Part shown: in pieces, positions 26,639 to 36,170 of the stretch | Layout of the letters: each line of letters opens with the position of its first letter | How positions within the stretch are numbered: the stretch's first letter is position 1 | NCBI GenBank assembly: GCA_964616825.1 | Contig: CAZTSX010000002.1 | Span: forward strand, 79,811 to 143,810 | Source of the DNA: an uncultured Prolixibacteraceae bacterium | Lineage (GTDB): Bacteria > Bacteroidota > Bacteroidia > Bacteroidales > FEN-979 | Direction: 5' to 3' | Length of the DNA: 64,000 nt | The notes under the pieces: generated by a model | Database searches by the model: none | The model's input: the letters and a program-made list of their open reading frames with translations, nothing else | What the model was told of the DNA's origin: nothing | Translations under genes and position numbers: made by a program

Positions 26639-27120
26639 CTGAGGAAAAATATATCAGACCATCATGGGATGAGTACTTTATGGAAGTTGCCAATGCTGTG
26701 GCCAAAAGGGCTACCTGCGATCGGGGCAGGAGCGGAGCCGTCATCGCACGCGATAAGCAGATCCTCGTAACTGGATATGTTGGAAGTCCGAGAGGGTTAC
26801 CGCATTGTGATGATGTAGAGCATCTCCTGAAACTTGTCACTCATGAGGATGGACGTGTCTCCCAACATTGCATGCGTACTGTCCATGCGGAACAAAACGC
26901 GATCTGCCAGGCTGCACGTCTTGGCATTTCGCTCGAAGGAGCCACCCTCTATTGTCGCATGACTCCGTGCCGTACCTGTGCCATGCTGATCATCAACTGC
27001 GGCATCGTCAGGGTTGTGTGTGAACGAAAATACCACGACGGAAAAGACTCAGAGGAGATGTTTGATCAGGCCGGCGTGAAATTGGAGTTTGTGAACGAAG
27101 AGGTGCAGCAGTACGAGTAG
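26635..27120 (+). CDS. deoxycytidylate (dCMP) deaminase, ComEB-type
   Basis: Zinc-binding HAEQNAI and PCRTCAMLI motifs. WDEYFMEVANAVAKRATC N-terminus. Confidence 0.9.
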   Translation: MTEEKYIRPSWDEYFMEVANAVAKRATCDRGRSGAVIARDKQILVTGYVGSPRGLPHCDDVEHLLKLVTHEDGRVSQHCMRTVHAEQNAICQAARLGISLEGATLYCRMTPCRTCAMLIINCGIVRVVCERKYHDGKDSEEMFDQAGVKLEFVNEEVQQYE

Positions 27121-27167
27121 CAGTAAATTGCTATCTTTATAGCCCAATCAGGATTGCTGCCTGGATC

Positions 27168-27863
27168 ATGAGGACACTCGAAAAAGAAAATTTCGAACGA
27201 TTATTTAAAGAGGAGTTTACCGGACTCGTTATTTTTGCCATCCAGTATGTCAAAGATTATGAAGCTGCCCGTGAGATCGTGCAGGAAGCATTTATCAATA
27301 TGTGGAGCAGAAGAGAGCAGATTGATCAGTCGAAAGCTGTGAAATCATACCTTATCACGTCGGTCAAAAACCGTTCTCTGAACCACCTTCGTGATAATAA
27401 TAAGTTTGACTCCAACTTGCTGGTTTCCGAAGATCTGTATCCATTACCTGCCTATCAGCAGTCTGATCACCTGGTAGAGAAGGAACTAAAGGAACAGATC
27501 ACGCTTGCGATTAAGGAACTTCCTGAGAAATGCCGCGAAGTTTTTCTGCTGAATCGGGATGAGCACATGAAGTATCAGGAGATTGCCGATCAACTTCAGA
27601 TCTCTGTAAAAACTGTCGAAACACAGATGTCGAAAGCGCTCCAGCACATGCGAAAAAAACTCAGGGATTATTTGATTGTATTATGCCTGATAAGCCTGAT
27701 AAGCCTGATGCCATTGCTTCATCACTATGTTCCTCACTATGATACACGAACCAACATTGTCATTGCGAGCGAAGCGACGCAACACCAGCTCACCAGCTCA
27801 CAATCTCACCAACATTTCATCAGGGTAAACCTCCTTTCATGTGTACTATTATCGGATAAATGA
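27168..27863 (+). CDS. ECF-type RNA polymerase sigma-70 factor with repeat-encoded C-terminal tail
   Basis: Region 2 (VQEAFINMWSRRE) and region 4 HTH (YQEIADQLQISVKTVETQMSKALQHMRKKL). After ...LRDYL about 60 extra codons run through the repeats at 27685-27820 to a TGA that overlaps the FecR ATG. Confidence 0.85.
   Translation: MRTLEKENFERLFKEEFTGLVIFAIQYVKDYEAAREIVQEAFINMWSRREQIDQSKAVKSYLITSVKNRSLNHLRDNNKFDSNLLVSEDLYPLPAYQQSDHLVEKELKEQITLAIKELPEKCREVFLLNRDEHMKYQEIADQLQISVKTVETQMSKALQHMRKKLRDYLIVLCLISLISLMPLLHHYVPHYDTRTNIVIASEATQHQLTSSQSHQHFIRVNLLSCVLLSDK
27685..27820 (+). repeat. composite short-repeat block (9-mers, hairpin, octamers)
   Basis: GCCTGATAA x2.5 (27685-27711), TCACTATG x2, hairpin TTGCGAGCGAAGCGACGCAA, then AACACCAG CTCACCAG CTCACAAT CTCACCAA CATTTCAT (27781-27820). 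Confidence 0.8.
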
Positions 27864-29047
27864 GCACGAACGAAACATATGATCCCAAACTGATGACCCG
27901 CTACTTCTCCGGAGAAGCTACTCCTGAAGAGATGCGCGAGCTATCCAAATGGATAAAAAGTGATCCGGCTAATGCCAGTGTTTTTGATGAATACAGGAAG
28001 AGCTGGCTGGCCATTACTGCTCTCCAGGTTGAAGAGCAAATGGATGTTGATCAGGAATGGGATGAACTGAAAAAGAAGATAACTCCAATTGAACCGGCAC
28101 TGAGATCACCCTTGAAATTGGTGAAGATTCCGTCTCGCAAGAAAAAACCCGAATATAGTGTTCCTTCAATAGAAGAAACCACAGAAAAAGGAACTCCGGC
28201 ACAACCGGCACCGGTATTTGAAGAACCTCCCGCTATTGAAGAGACCAGTGAAGTAATTCGAATGGAACCTGAAGTAATTGAACCTGAAGGAATCGATTGG
28301 CGGATTGGCCTGATTCGGGCAGCTACTATCGCTGCAATAGTACTGGTTTTGCTTATCCCGACCTGGGTTGTGTATCGTTACTTTACTACGCCAGATATTA
28401 CGAAAATCATGGCTTCGAATGAGATGTTAGAGACAACCCTGTCCGATGGAACTATCGTAACCCTTAATGCACATGCCTCTATCTCCTATACCGAGGATTT
28501 TGGAAAAGGTATCCGGGAGGTGGAAATCAAAGGGGAAGGTTATTTTGATGTAGTCCACGATTCGGCCCAGCCGTTTATCCTCTCCAGCGGGAATGCCAGA
28601 ATCGAGGTGCTTGGAACAGCATTCTACGTCAACACGACGAAAAATGGAGAAGACGTGGAGGTTGTGCTCGTGGTAGGGAGCCTGTCTGTCTATTTTGAAG
28701 ATATTTACGGTGAGAGAAAGACCATCATCCCCGGCGAAAAAGCGGAGCTCATCCAAGCGAATCAGCGGATTGTGGTGATCCCGAACGAGGATCCAAATTT
28801 TCTTGCCTGGAAAACACGCCGCATGATCTTCCTGGATGACCGACTCGATGTGATCATTAAAACCTTGAACAAAGTATACCAAACCGATATCCGACTGGGA
28901 TCACAGGGACTTGCTGCCTGCCGCCTGACAGCCTCTTTTAACCGCCAATCTCTGGAATCGGTATTGAGTGTCATTCAGGCTACACTTGATCTCAATTCGG
29001 AATCCACCTCATCCGAAATTATCCTCTACGGGGCCGGATGCAACTAG
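27860..29047 (+). CDS. FecR-family anti-sigma factor / sensor
   Basis: Cytoplasmic N-domain (YFSGEATPEEMRELSKWI), Pro/Glu-rich linker, single TM (AATIAAIVLVLLIPTWVVY), periplasmic FecR/DUF4974-like domain. ATGA overlap with the sigma gene. Confidence 0.85.
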   Translation: MSTNETYDPKLMTRYFSGEATPEEMRELSKWIKSDPANASVFDEYRKSWLAITALQVEEQMDVDQEWDELKKKITPIEPALRSPLKLVKIPSRKKKPEYSVPSIEETTEKGTPAQPAPVFEEPPAIEETSEVIRMEPEVIEPEGIDWRIGLIRAATIAAIVLVLLIPTWVVYRYFTTPDITKIMASNEMLETTLSDGTIVTLNAHASISYTEDFGKGIREVEIKGEGYFDVVHDSAQPFILSSGNARIEVLGTAFYVNTTKNGEDVEVVLVVGSLSVYFEDIYGERKTIIPGEKAELIQANQRIVVIPNEDPNFLAWKTRRMIFLDDRLDVIIKTLNKVYQTDIRLGSQGLAACRLTASFNRQSLESVLSVIQATLDLNSESTSSEIILYGAGCN

Positions 29048-31737
29048 CAGGGAAAGACATATCAATCCGACTCCTTCCCGGAGGAACTTTCCGTACGATC
29101 ACTTTTCTATTCTTTTTTTTATCACAGTTTATCCTGACCGGACAAGATCTTGACCGGCAGATCAGCCTGGAAGTAAACAATAACCGATTGAAAGATGTCC
29201 TGGATCTGATTGCCAAGGAAGGAGATGTCAGCTTCTCCTACAGTTCCTTATCCATCCCGGTTGATCAGAAAATCACCTATCGATGTGACAGCAGGTCCAT
29301 CCGGCAGGTGCTGAATACGATCCTGCCACCACTTGGCATTGAATGGCTGGTTGTAGAATACCAGATCGTCCTGAAGCGGAAAAAATCAGGTGCTTCATCC
29401 GGAGCAGAAATGCCTGCTCGCTCATTACCCAGCTACGTTGTGAGTGGGTATATCAGGGATAAAACAACCGGTGAAGCATTGATCGGGGCCAATGTGGTAG
29501 TCAGAAAATCCATGATGGGAACGACTACCAACACATATGGTTTTTACTCCCTCTCCTTGCCACAGGGCATCCATGAAGTGGAATACTCATATTTGGGATT
29601 TCAGGAGCAGACCCGGAGCATGGACCTGCAACAGAACAAAGAGGTCTCGCTGGAAATGGAAGAGACCAGCCTGGGCATGCGGGAGGTGGTGATCCGTGCC
29701 AGGGATAACGAGCAATTACCGGCAGTCAATCAGCCAGGTGATTTCAACTTTTCCGGAGCTACACTGGAGAAGCTACCTGGTTTTGCAGGTGATGTCGACG
29801 TCCTGAAAGCGCTCCAGTTCCTGCCGGGAATCAGATCGTTCGGAGATGGATCGTCCCTCTTTTATGTCAGAGGAGGGAACAACGACCAGAACCTTCTGAT
29901 GATTGATGAAGCACCGATCTACAACCCATCCCACCTGTTCGGTTTCTTCTCTGTGTTAACGCCTGATGCTGTAAACGACATGGAGATCTATAAAGGAGAC
30001 TTTCCGGCAAGATTTGGAGGGAGGACATCCTCAGTGATTGATATCACCGCCCGGGAAGGGAATATGAAGCGGTTTGGATTTGGCGGGAACCTGGGGCCCT
30101 ATGCCTCCTCTCTCACAATTGAAGGTCCTATCGTAAAAGAGAAAGGTTCATTCCTGCTCTCAGGTCGTCTCTCCACCCTCAACTGGTTGAACTACGTGAT
30201 GGATAACTCCGGATCATTCGACCTCTATTTTTATGATATCAACGCTAAATTCAACGTCAAACCTTCTCAGAAAGATCGCCTCTTCTTAACATTCTATACC
30301 GGAAGAGACGAGTTTCGCCGGGAGACGAATTCTGTCTACCGCACTTACGGAATCAGGTGGGATAATCTTGCAGGCACATTGCGCTGGAATCATCTCTTTA
30401 ATCCGAAGTTGTTCTCCAATACCACGATCAACTTCAGCCACTATAACTACTTCCTCTATCTCTCATCAGATAGGAAGAACTACTGGAATTCCTCCATCGG
30501 AAACCTGACCCTGAAAAGTGATTTCACCTGGTTCCTCAACCCGAAAAATACCCTGCGGACCGGATTTGCCGTGACCCGCTACCACTCAAATCCAGGAAAT
30601 GTGACTCAGCAGGGAGATGATGAGCAACTGGAGCTACGTGAAGTCCCGGCTTATACATCCATGGAGTATATGCTCTACCTGAGCAATGAGCAGAAAATCG
30701 GCAGTCGCCTCTCTCTCAATTATGGAATACGCCTTCCGGTTTGGCAGAATTTTGGTCCCACTACCATTTACTATTTTGATGCCAATCACTCGGTGATCGA
30801 TACGTTGGCAGTAGGCAGGAACCGGTACTATTCCCTTTTTTTTAGTCCCGAACCACGCCTCTCTGTCGGATTTGCTTTGAATAGCCAATCTTCCCTGAAA
30901 ACCAGCTACAGCCGAACGACCCAGTTTATGCAGTTGCTGTCTGATCGAACCGGTCCATTCACATCACTCGAGGTGTGGGCTCCTGCCGGACCCAATATCC
31001 AACCCCTGAAAGCCGACCAGGTGACACTGGGTTACTTCCTGAAATTTGCTTCCTCCCGGCTCCACTTTTCTGCGGAAGCCTTTTATAAACACTATAGGAA
31101 TCATATCGACTATGCTGATCATGCCAACCTGCTCTACAATCCATTGGTTGAGGGTGAACTCCGGTTTGGGAAAGCGTGGTCGTATGGCCTGGAATTGATG
31201 CTTCAAAAACCGGTTGGTAAGCTCTCCGGATGGATAGCCTACACCTGGTCCCGGTCATTGGTCAAAACTCCGGAGGTGAATGATGGAAACACCTATCCAG
31301 CCAGTTTCGACAGTCCGAATAACCTCTGCCTGTTTGTCTCGTACGATACCAGGAAGCGGTGGTCATTTTCAGCCAGCTGGATTTACATGACGGGGAATCC
31401 GGTAACCTCCCCCATCGGGTTTTATGAGTACAATGGCTCTACTGTTCCTCTATACGGAGATAAAAATAACGAACGGTTGCCCGATTATCACCGGTTGGAT
31501 CTCTCTGTAGTGTATCGGCTAAACAAACCAGGGAATCGCTTCCGCCACAGTCTGGCTGTAACAGTTTACAACGCATATGGACGGGCCAATCCTTTTTCAG
31601 TCAGTTTCAACAAGTATTCGAACAGCCAGGGACAATATGTCGTACCATCAAACCTTAATGGAGACTATGAGTTGGTCCCTACCATGATCTCCGTAGCCGG
31701 GATCATCCCATCGATCAACTATCAATTCAAGTTCTGA
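29038..31737 (+). CDS. TonB-dependent receptor with STN and carboxypeptidase-regulatory-like domains
   Basis: STN domain (LEVNNNRLKDVLDLIAKEGDVSFSY), CarbopepD_reg (VSGYIRDKTTGEALIGANVVV), plug (FYVRGGNNDQNLLMIDEAPIYN), 22-strand-type barrel ending INYQFKF. Confidence 0.9.
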   Translation: MQLAGKDISIRLLPGGTFRTITFLFFFLSQFILTGQDLDRQISLEVNNNRLKDVLDLIAKEGDVSFSYSSLSIPVDQKITYRCDSRSIRQVLNTILPPLGIEWLVVEYQIVLKRKKSGASSGAEMPARSLPSYVVSGYIRDKTTGEALIGANVVVRKSMMGTTTNTYGFYSLSLPQGIHEVEYSYLGFQEQTRSMDLQQNKEVSLEMEETSLGMREVVIRARDNEQLPAVNQPGDFNFSGATLEKLPGFAGDVDVLKALQFLPGIRSFGDGSSLFYVRGGNNDQNLLMIDEAPIYNPSHLFGFFSVLTPDAVNDMEIYKGDFPARFGGRTSSVIDITAREGNMKRFGFGGNLGPYASSLTIEGPIVKEKGSFLLSGRLSTLNWLNYVMDNSGSFDLYFYDINAKFNVKPSQKDRLFLTFYTGRDEFRRETNSVYRTYGIRWDNLAGTLRWNHLFNPKLFSNTTINFSHYNYFLYLSSDRKNYWNSSIGNLTLKSDFTWFLNPKNTLRTGFAVTRYHSNPGNVTQQGDDEQLELREVPAYTSMEYMLYLSNEQKIGSRLSLNYGIRLPVWQNFGPTTIYYFDANHSVIDTLAVGRNRYYSLFFSPEPRLSVGFALNSQSSLKTSYSRTTQFMQLLSDRTGPFTSLEVWAPAGPNIQPLKADQVTLGYFLKFASSRLHFSAEAFYKHYRNHIDYADHANLLYNPLVEGELRFGKAWSYGLELMLQKPVGKLSGWIAYTWSRSLVKTPEVNDGNTYPASFDSPNNLCLFVSYDTRKRWSFSASWIYMTGNPVTSPIGFYEYNGSTVPLYGDKNNERLPDYHRLDLSVVYRLNKPGNRFRHSLAVTVYNAYGRANPFSVSFNKYSNSQGQYVVPSNLNGDYELVPTMISVAGIIPSINYQFKF

Positions 31738-32555
31738 TGAAGCAGTGGGCACCATATATCATTCTCGTGATCATCCTGACAGGATGTGTCAAAAAGGCTG
31801 ATTTCTCTATCCCAGACCACACCAGCCAGCTGATTGTCGTGGATGCCAGGCTGACCGATGAGCAGAAGGCTCAATCGGTCAGAATCACATACCCAATGAG
31901 TGATTTGAACGGAACTCCCAAGCCTGTTACAGGAGCCAGTGTACTGATCAGCAACGCCGACTCGTTGTGGATCCTGAAAGAAGACACCATCCACCCGGGA
32001 TATTACTTCACCGACTCCCTCTTCGTTGCCCTGTTGAATACCAGCTATACGCTGCAGATTAGCTGGCAGAACCGGAACTATTCCGCGAAAGCCTCTATGG
32101 TTCCCGGTAAAGTGTTCAATGAGCTGATATACAAGAAGAATGAAAACGATGAATGGTATCATATCGATTGGGTTGCGTCGGCCTTTACGGTTGACAATCC
32201 GGCCATGTGGGAAGTAACAATTGACTGGTCGTTTGTTCCGGGATTCGAAAACCAGGATCCGGCAAGTTGCCGGGCACGGCTTCTCTTTTTCACCCTTTCT
32301 ACACTCGATGTCAGTCAGATTTTTGCCCCGGTAATGGAGCAGACAACCTTTCCTGCTGGCAGCATCATCGAGGAAAAACGCTACTCACTTTCATCACGTC
32401 ATGCTGAATTTTTGCGGGACCTGCTTCTGGAGACCAACTGGCAGGGGAGCATGTTCCCTACAGCCAACGCTAACGTTTCCACCAACCTCAGCGAAGGCGC
32501 CATCGGATACTTTGGAGTCTGTGCAGTGACGGAGCTCTCGTTGGTAGTGGAATAG
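31737..32555 (+). CDS. DUF4249-like lipoprotein partner of the TonB-dependent receptor
   Basis: Lipobox ILTGC. LIVVDARLTDEQKAQSVRITY pattern. Its ATG shares one nt with the receptor stop codon. Confidence 0.65.
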   Translation: MKQWAPYIILVIILTGCVKKADFSIPDHTSQLIVVDARLTDEQKAQSVRITYPMSDLNGTPKPVTGASVLISNADSLWILKEDTIHPGYYFTDSLFVALLNTSYTLQISWQNRNYSAKASMVPGKVFNELIYKKNENDEWYHIDWVASAFTVDNPAMWEVTIDWSFVPGFENQDPASCRARLLFFTLSTLDVSQIFAPVMEQTTFPAGSIIEEKRYSLSSRHAEFLRDLLLETNWQGSMFPTANANVSTNLSEGAIGYFGVCAVTELSLVVE

Positions 32556-32576
32556 CATTAGTTTGCCGCATTCACT

Positions 32577-32625
32577 TATCCGGCATCCGGTATCCGGTAT
32601 CCGACATCTGGTATCCGGCATCAGA
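32577..32625 (+). repeat. heptamer array, CATCSRG family (7 units)
   Basis: TATCCGG CATCCGG TATCCGG TATCCGA CATCTGG TATCCGG CATCAGA. Intergenic. Confidence 0.9.
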
Positions 32626-32695
32626 AAAAATCCTTTCCTGCATCAGGGTAACCCGTCTTCTTGGTGTATTATAACCAGAAACCCAAAATCAACAC

Positions 32696-33634
32696 ATGAT
32701 GAAAACAACACCTCTATTCAAACTCAGCCTCGTCCTGATCGCTGCCATCGCACTGGCCGTCACAGGATGTAAAAAAGAAAATCCAAATGTTGATCCGGCA
32801 CCAAACGGATCCACCTCTATCCAGCAGATTTCGCAGGATGACAATCAAATCCAGCAAATCGATGATGATATCAACCTCGACATTGAGATCATGCTCACCA
32901 GTGGTGGAATGAAATCCATCACCTGGCTACCCTGCAACGCCACCATTGACTCTACGAATATAGTAAATGATACCATTACCTATTACATTACATATCATGG
33001 GCTCAATTGTCCGGAAACGCTTTACCGGACCGGCCAGGTGGAAGTAAAAAAACATGTTGGAACACACTGGTACATGCCCGGTGCTACCGTGATGGTAAAA
33101 ATCATCAATCTGCAGGTAACGAAAGTGGCTACGCAAAAAACCATTATCATCAACGGAGTCAAAACGCATAAAAATATCACAGGCGGTCTCCTTGTTCAGC
33201 TGGGATATGGTATCAACCATATTGTTCACAGGACATGGGGTTTTATGACCGTGAACTTTGAGGATGCTACAAATCGTACCTGGAACATCGCCCGCCGGTG
33301 TTTTTATACCGGATCTCTGGGGCAGTTTGTTATCGGTGTGGATGGTTTCGGAAAGGTTGGTGAATATACCAATCTCGTAACCTGGGGTGTAGCCCGTAAT
33401 GGGAATCAGTTTTTTATCACTACTACTCAACCGGTTCACTACTGGCAGACATGCGGCTTCAAACCAGTGAATGGAATCCAGTCAATTGATATCCCCAGCG
33501 CCGACAAAGGAGCTACATTGACATTCGGGTATGATCACCACAACCAACCTGTAACACCTCCACCATGCCCGACAAAATATAAAGTGGACTGGTACCACGG
33601 AGCCAATAGCGGAACGATCTTTCTCTGGTTATAA
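32696..33634 (+). CDS. hypothetical lipoprotein
   Basis: Signal plus lipobox LAVTGCKKENP. 312 aa with no motif I recognise. Followed by a strong terminator. Confidence 0.6.
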   Translation: MMKTTPLFKLSLVLIAAIALAVTGCKKENPNVDPAPNGSTSIQQISQDDNQIQQIDDDINLDIEIMLTSGGMKSITWLPCNATIDSTNIVNDTITYYITYHGLNCPETLYRTGQVEVKKHVGTHWYMPGATVMVKIINLQVTKVATQKTIIINGVKTHKNITGGLLVQLGYGINHIVHRTWGFMTVNFEDATNRTWNIARRCFYTGSLGQFVIGVDGFGKVGEYTNLVTWGVARNGNQFFITTTQPVHYWQTCGFKPVNGIQSIDIPSADKGATLTFGYDHHNQPVTPPPCPTKYKVDWYHGANSGTIFLWL

Positions 33635-33660
33635 ACGGTAAGGGGATACCCCTCCCCATG

Positions 33661-33693
33661 CCCCTCCCCAAACAAGGGAGGGGTTTTTTATTT
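33661..33693 (+). terminator. rho-independent terminator
   Basis: CCCCTCCC (33661-33668) / GGGAGGGG (33676-33683), 7-nt loop, then TTTTTTATTT. Preceded by a second small GGGG-ATA-CCCC hairpin. Confidence 0.7.
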
Positions 33694-33725
33694 ACAGCTG
33701 CTATTCATAGCGGCTCAGTGTTTTT

Positions 33726-36002
33726 TTAATAGATAACCAATTTCCCTGAAGCAATAAAAACTCCTTTCGACAGTATCGTACAGATATACATACCCGCTGG
33801 AAGAGAATTCCGGTTGATCCGGACCGGGAAACCAGGGAGGATTTCAGAGAAATAGTAAGAACCGACCAATTTCCCCTGGATGGAGTAGATCTCCACGTCA
33901 ACACGGTCCAATTTTTTATCTGACGGAATATATAACCGGGTAGATGTGGTAAAAGGATTAGGAATGACTTTGAGGGGAGCGATAGATTCTCTTTTGGTCT
34001 CGAAAACCGGGATAAGTGTGGTATCATAAGGTTCGATGATGATTACGCCGGCAAGGAAGTCGCTGAGATAGATCATGCCGTCGGGGCCAACCGTAACATT
34101 TGTGCTCCCAAACATATTTTTCCAGCCTTCTGTACCACGGGATTCGGCAATACGAATAGCTTCAGGTGGTTCGATAAGCTGGTAGATGGACATGCCGAAG
34201 AACTTGTCAGCTAAGTAAACAAGGTTATTTTTCAGATAGATGCCTTGTGGATTTATATACCAGTCGAAATGGGTACCTATTGGAATCAGGGTATTTCCAT
34301 CCACATAATACCAGGCAAACCAGAACCTTCCGCAGGCGATAGCAACAGTAGATCCGTCCCTGGAGATGCCGCTGATCTCTCCTGGTGCTGCTATGGTGTC
34401 AAGGAGAATCAGAGAGTCGTTGACTACCCTAAACATAGCCAGGTAATAGGTGTTCTCTACCTTTTTGCCGCAGAAGATAGTATCGCCTGAAATCAGTAAT
34501 CCATTGACGTCGCTGTTGGTGCTGTCAATATCCAGCAATGGGTAATCCTGAATCGAGTCATAAGGGTCGTAGATGGCAATTTGCCTGAGTGGGACCAGCA
34601 GGTTTGACAACCCGGCAACGACTCGTGTACCCGTATTAGTCTGGATGGTCCGGATGGTCTCAGTTCCGACTCCAATATGCCCGGCCTGTTCAGGAATTCC
34701 CCCGTAGAACCATGGTATCAGGTTGTAAAACTCCCCATTGGAAAGAATAATAAGTGAATCGTTGACGAAAGCCATGTCCCCGACAAATTGGGTGAAAATA
34801 TGCAAGATCTGTGGATTGTTCATATAACCGGCTTTGTAAAAGAGGCTGTCAAGTTCGTAAGCGACCAATCCGTATCCTCTCATACATGCCCATAACGTAT
34901 CTCCCCGGATATAGGCTCGCTGACACCACCCCCCTGTTTCCAGCAATCCAAGGGTATCTTCCGGCTGAAGCTGAGAAACATCACTGATCAACACACCAAG
35001 CCACTCCGAAGACATAGCCAGGTAAGGTGTGCCATGCATGCGAGCTACATCGAAATGCCACAGTCCAGGTCGGATATTCGCCAGGTAGACCATATTGGTA
35101 TCGGGTAACCCGGTGGCATCGTATACCGGTACGATGGTCTGAAATAAATTATTCAGTCCGGCGCCAGTAGAGATGAAGAGGGTATCGTTTTGGGAATCCA
35201 TGTTATTGATGTTGGCCTGCGCAAATCCGAAAATGCCTGGCACACTAAAACTATCCACAGCACTGAGAAAAACACTGTCGTGGTGCAGTGCATAAAAATA
35301 GCTCGCTGTGAAGAGGAGGTTCTGAGCGCCTCCGCAAACATAGATGATGTCATCCCGCAGGTCACCAAACTGAATGTCCTGCAGGTTCCATACATTGTTG
35401 TTCTGCCACATAGCCAAAGGAATCTCCAGGTTGTCATAATGGTATACCATCACAGTCCCATGCGGGATCCCTTGTGCCCCTACCGCGACATATGTTCCTT
35501 TACGGGCCACGGAGAAAGAGTTGTCGGGACCAAATGTGGCCAGCCTGGTGAAGGAGTCGGTTGAGTCAAACTTCAGCATCCTGACCTGCTTGCCGTCAGC
35601 AATATACAATGTGTCGTTTGTTCGCCAGAGATCGTATGCAGCTGAGTCGCCCGTCATCTCATAATGGGCAATGGGGGTGAGCGTATCGGATGAAGCATCC
35701 AATGCCCATACCCCGTCGTGTGTGGCAGCCACGAAAAGAATGTCACCATAGAGATCTGTTTCATTCACCATCCCCATCAGCGGACGTCGCGCAATGACAT
35801 GGTAATTGGCTGTATCCTGCGTGTCATAGATCCAGATGCTGGTTCCGCAACCAACGAACAAGCGTTGTGAAGCACTGTCGTAATTGACATGATAACCTGC
35901 TCCTCCTGGAGTTTGTCCAAGCCTTTCAAGGATATCTACCTGGGAGTACCCCAAAGAAGAAAATCCGAAAAGAAACAGGGATAAATAAATAAAACTCTTC
36001 AT
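33726..36002 (-). CDS. secreted beta-propeller-type repeat protein (LVIVD-like repeats, tentative) with T9SS CTD
   Basis: Signal peptide MKSFIYLSLFLFGFSSLGYS. Recurrent motifs of the form ...LY(I/L)AD...G(L/V)..(Y/L).(L/F)D. C-terminal sorting domain LKVIPNPFTTSTRLYIPS...MYICTILS. Confidence 0.8.
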   Translation of the reverse strand: MKSFIYLSLFLFGFSSLGYSQVDILERLGQTPGGAGYHVNYDSASQRLFVGCGTSIWIYDTQDTANYHVIARRPLMGMVNETDLYGDILFVAATHDGVWALDASSDTLTPIAHYEMTGDSAAYDLWRTNDTLYIADGKQVRMLKFDSTDSFTRLATFGPDNSFSVARKGTYVAVGAQGIPHGTVMVYHYDNLEIPLAMWQNNNVWNLQDIQFGDLRDDIIYVCGGAQNLLFTASYFYALHHDSVFLSAVDSFSVPGIFGFAQANINNMDSQNDTLFISTGAGLNNLFQTIVPVYDATGLPDTNMVYLANIRPGLWHFDVARMHGTPYLAMSSEWLGVLISDVSQLQPEDTLGLLETGGWCQRAYIRGDTLWACMRGYGLVAYELDSLFYKAGYMNNPQILHIFTQFVGDMAFVNDSLIILSNGEFYNLIPWFYGGIPEQAGHIGVGTETIRTIQTNTGTRVVAGLSNLLVPLRQIAIYDPYDSIQDYPLLDIDSTNSDVNGLLISGDTIFCGKKVENTYYLAMFRVVNDSLILLDTIAAPGEISGISRDGSTVAIACGRFWFAWYYVDGNTLIPIGTHFDWYINPQGIYLKNNLVYLADKFFGMSIYQLIEPPEAIRIAESRGTEGWKNMFGSTNVTVGPDGMIYLSDFLAGVIIIEPYDTTLIPVFETKRESIAPLKVIPNPFTTSTRLYIPSDKKLDRVDVEIYSIQGKLVGSYYFSEILPGFPVRINRNSLPAGMYICTILSKGVFIASGKLVIY

Positions 36003-36170
36003 CTATATTACTGACACCAAAACGCTACTAAAGGTTGTTTCCCTATATGCTTAAAGTCGCGTAAAATGCATTTTCATCTTTCTAAACCATAAATACAAGG
36101 TTTGATAATTATTTGCAATCCAGCCTTAGAATCCTTATTTTTGATTTCGTCTAACATAAAATAATGAACT

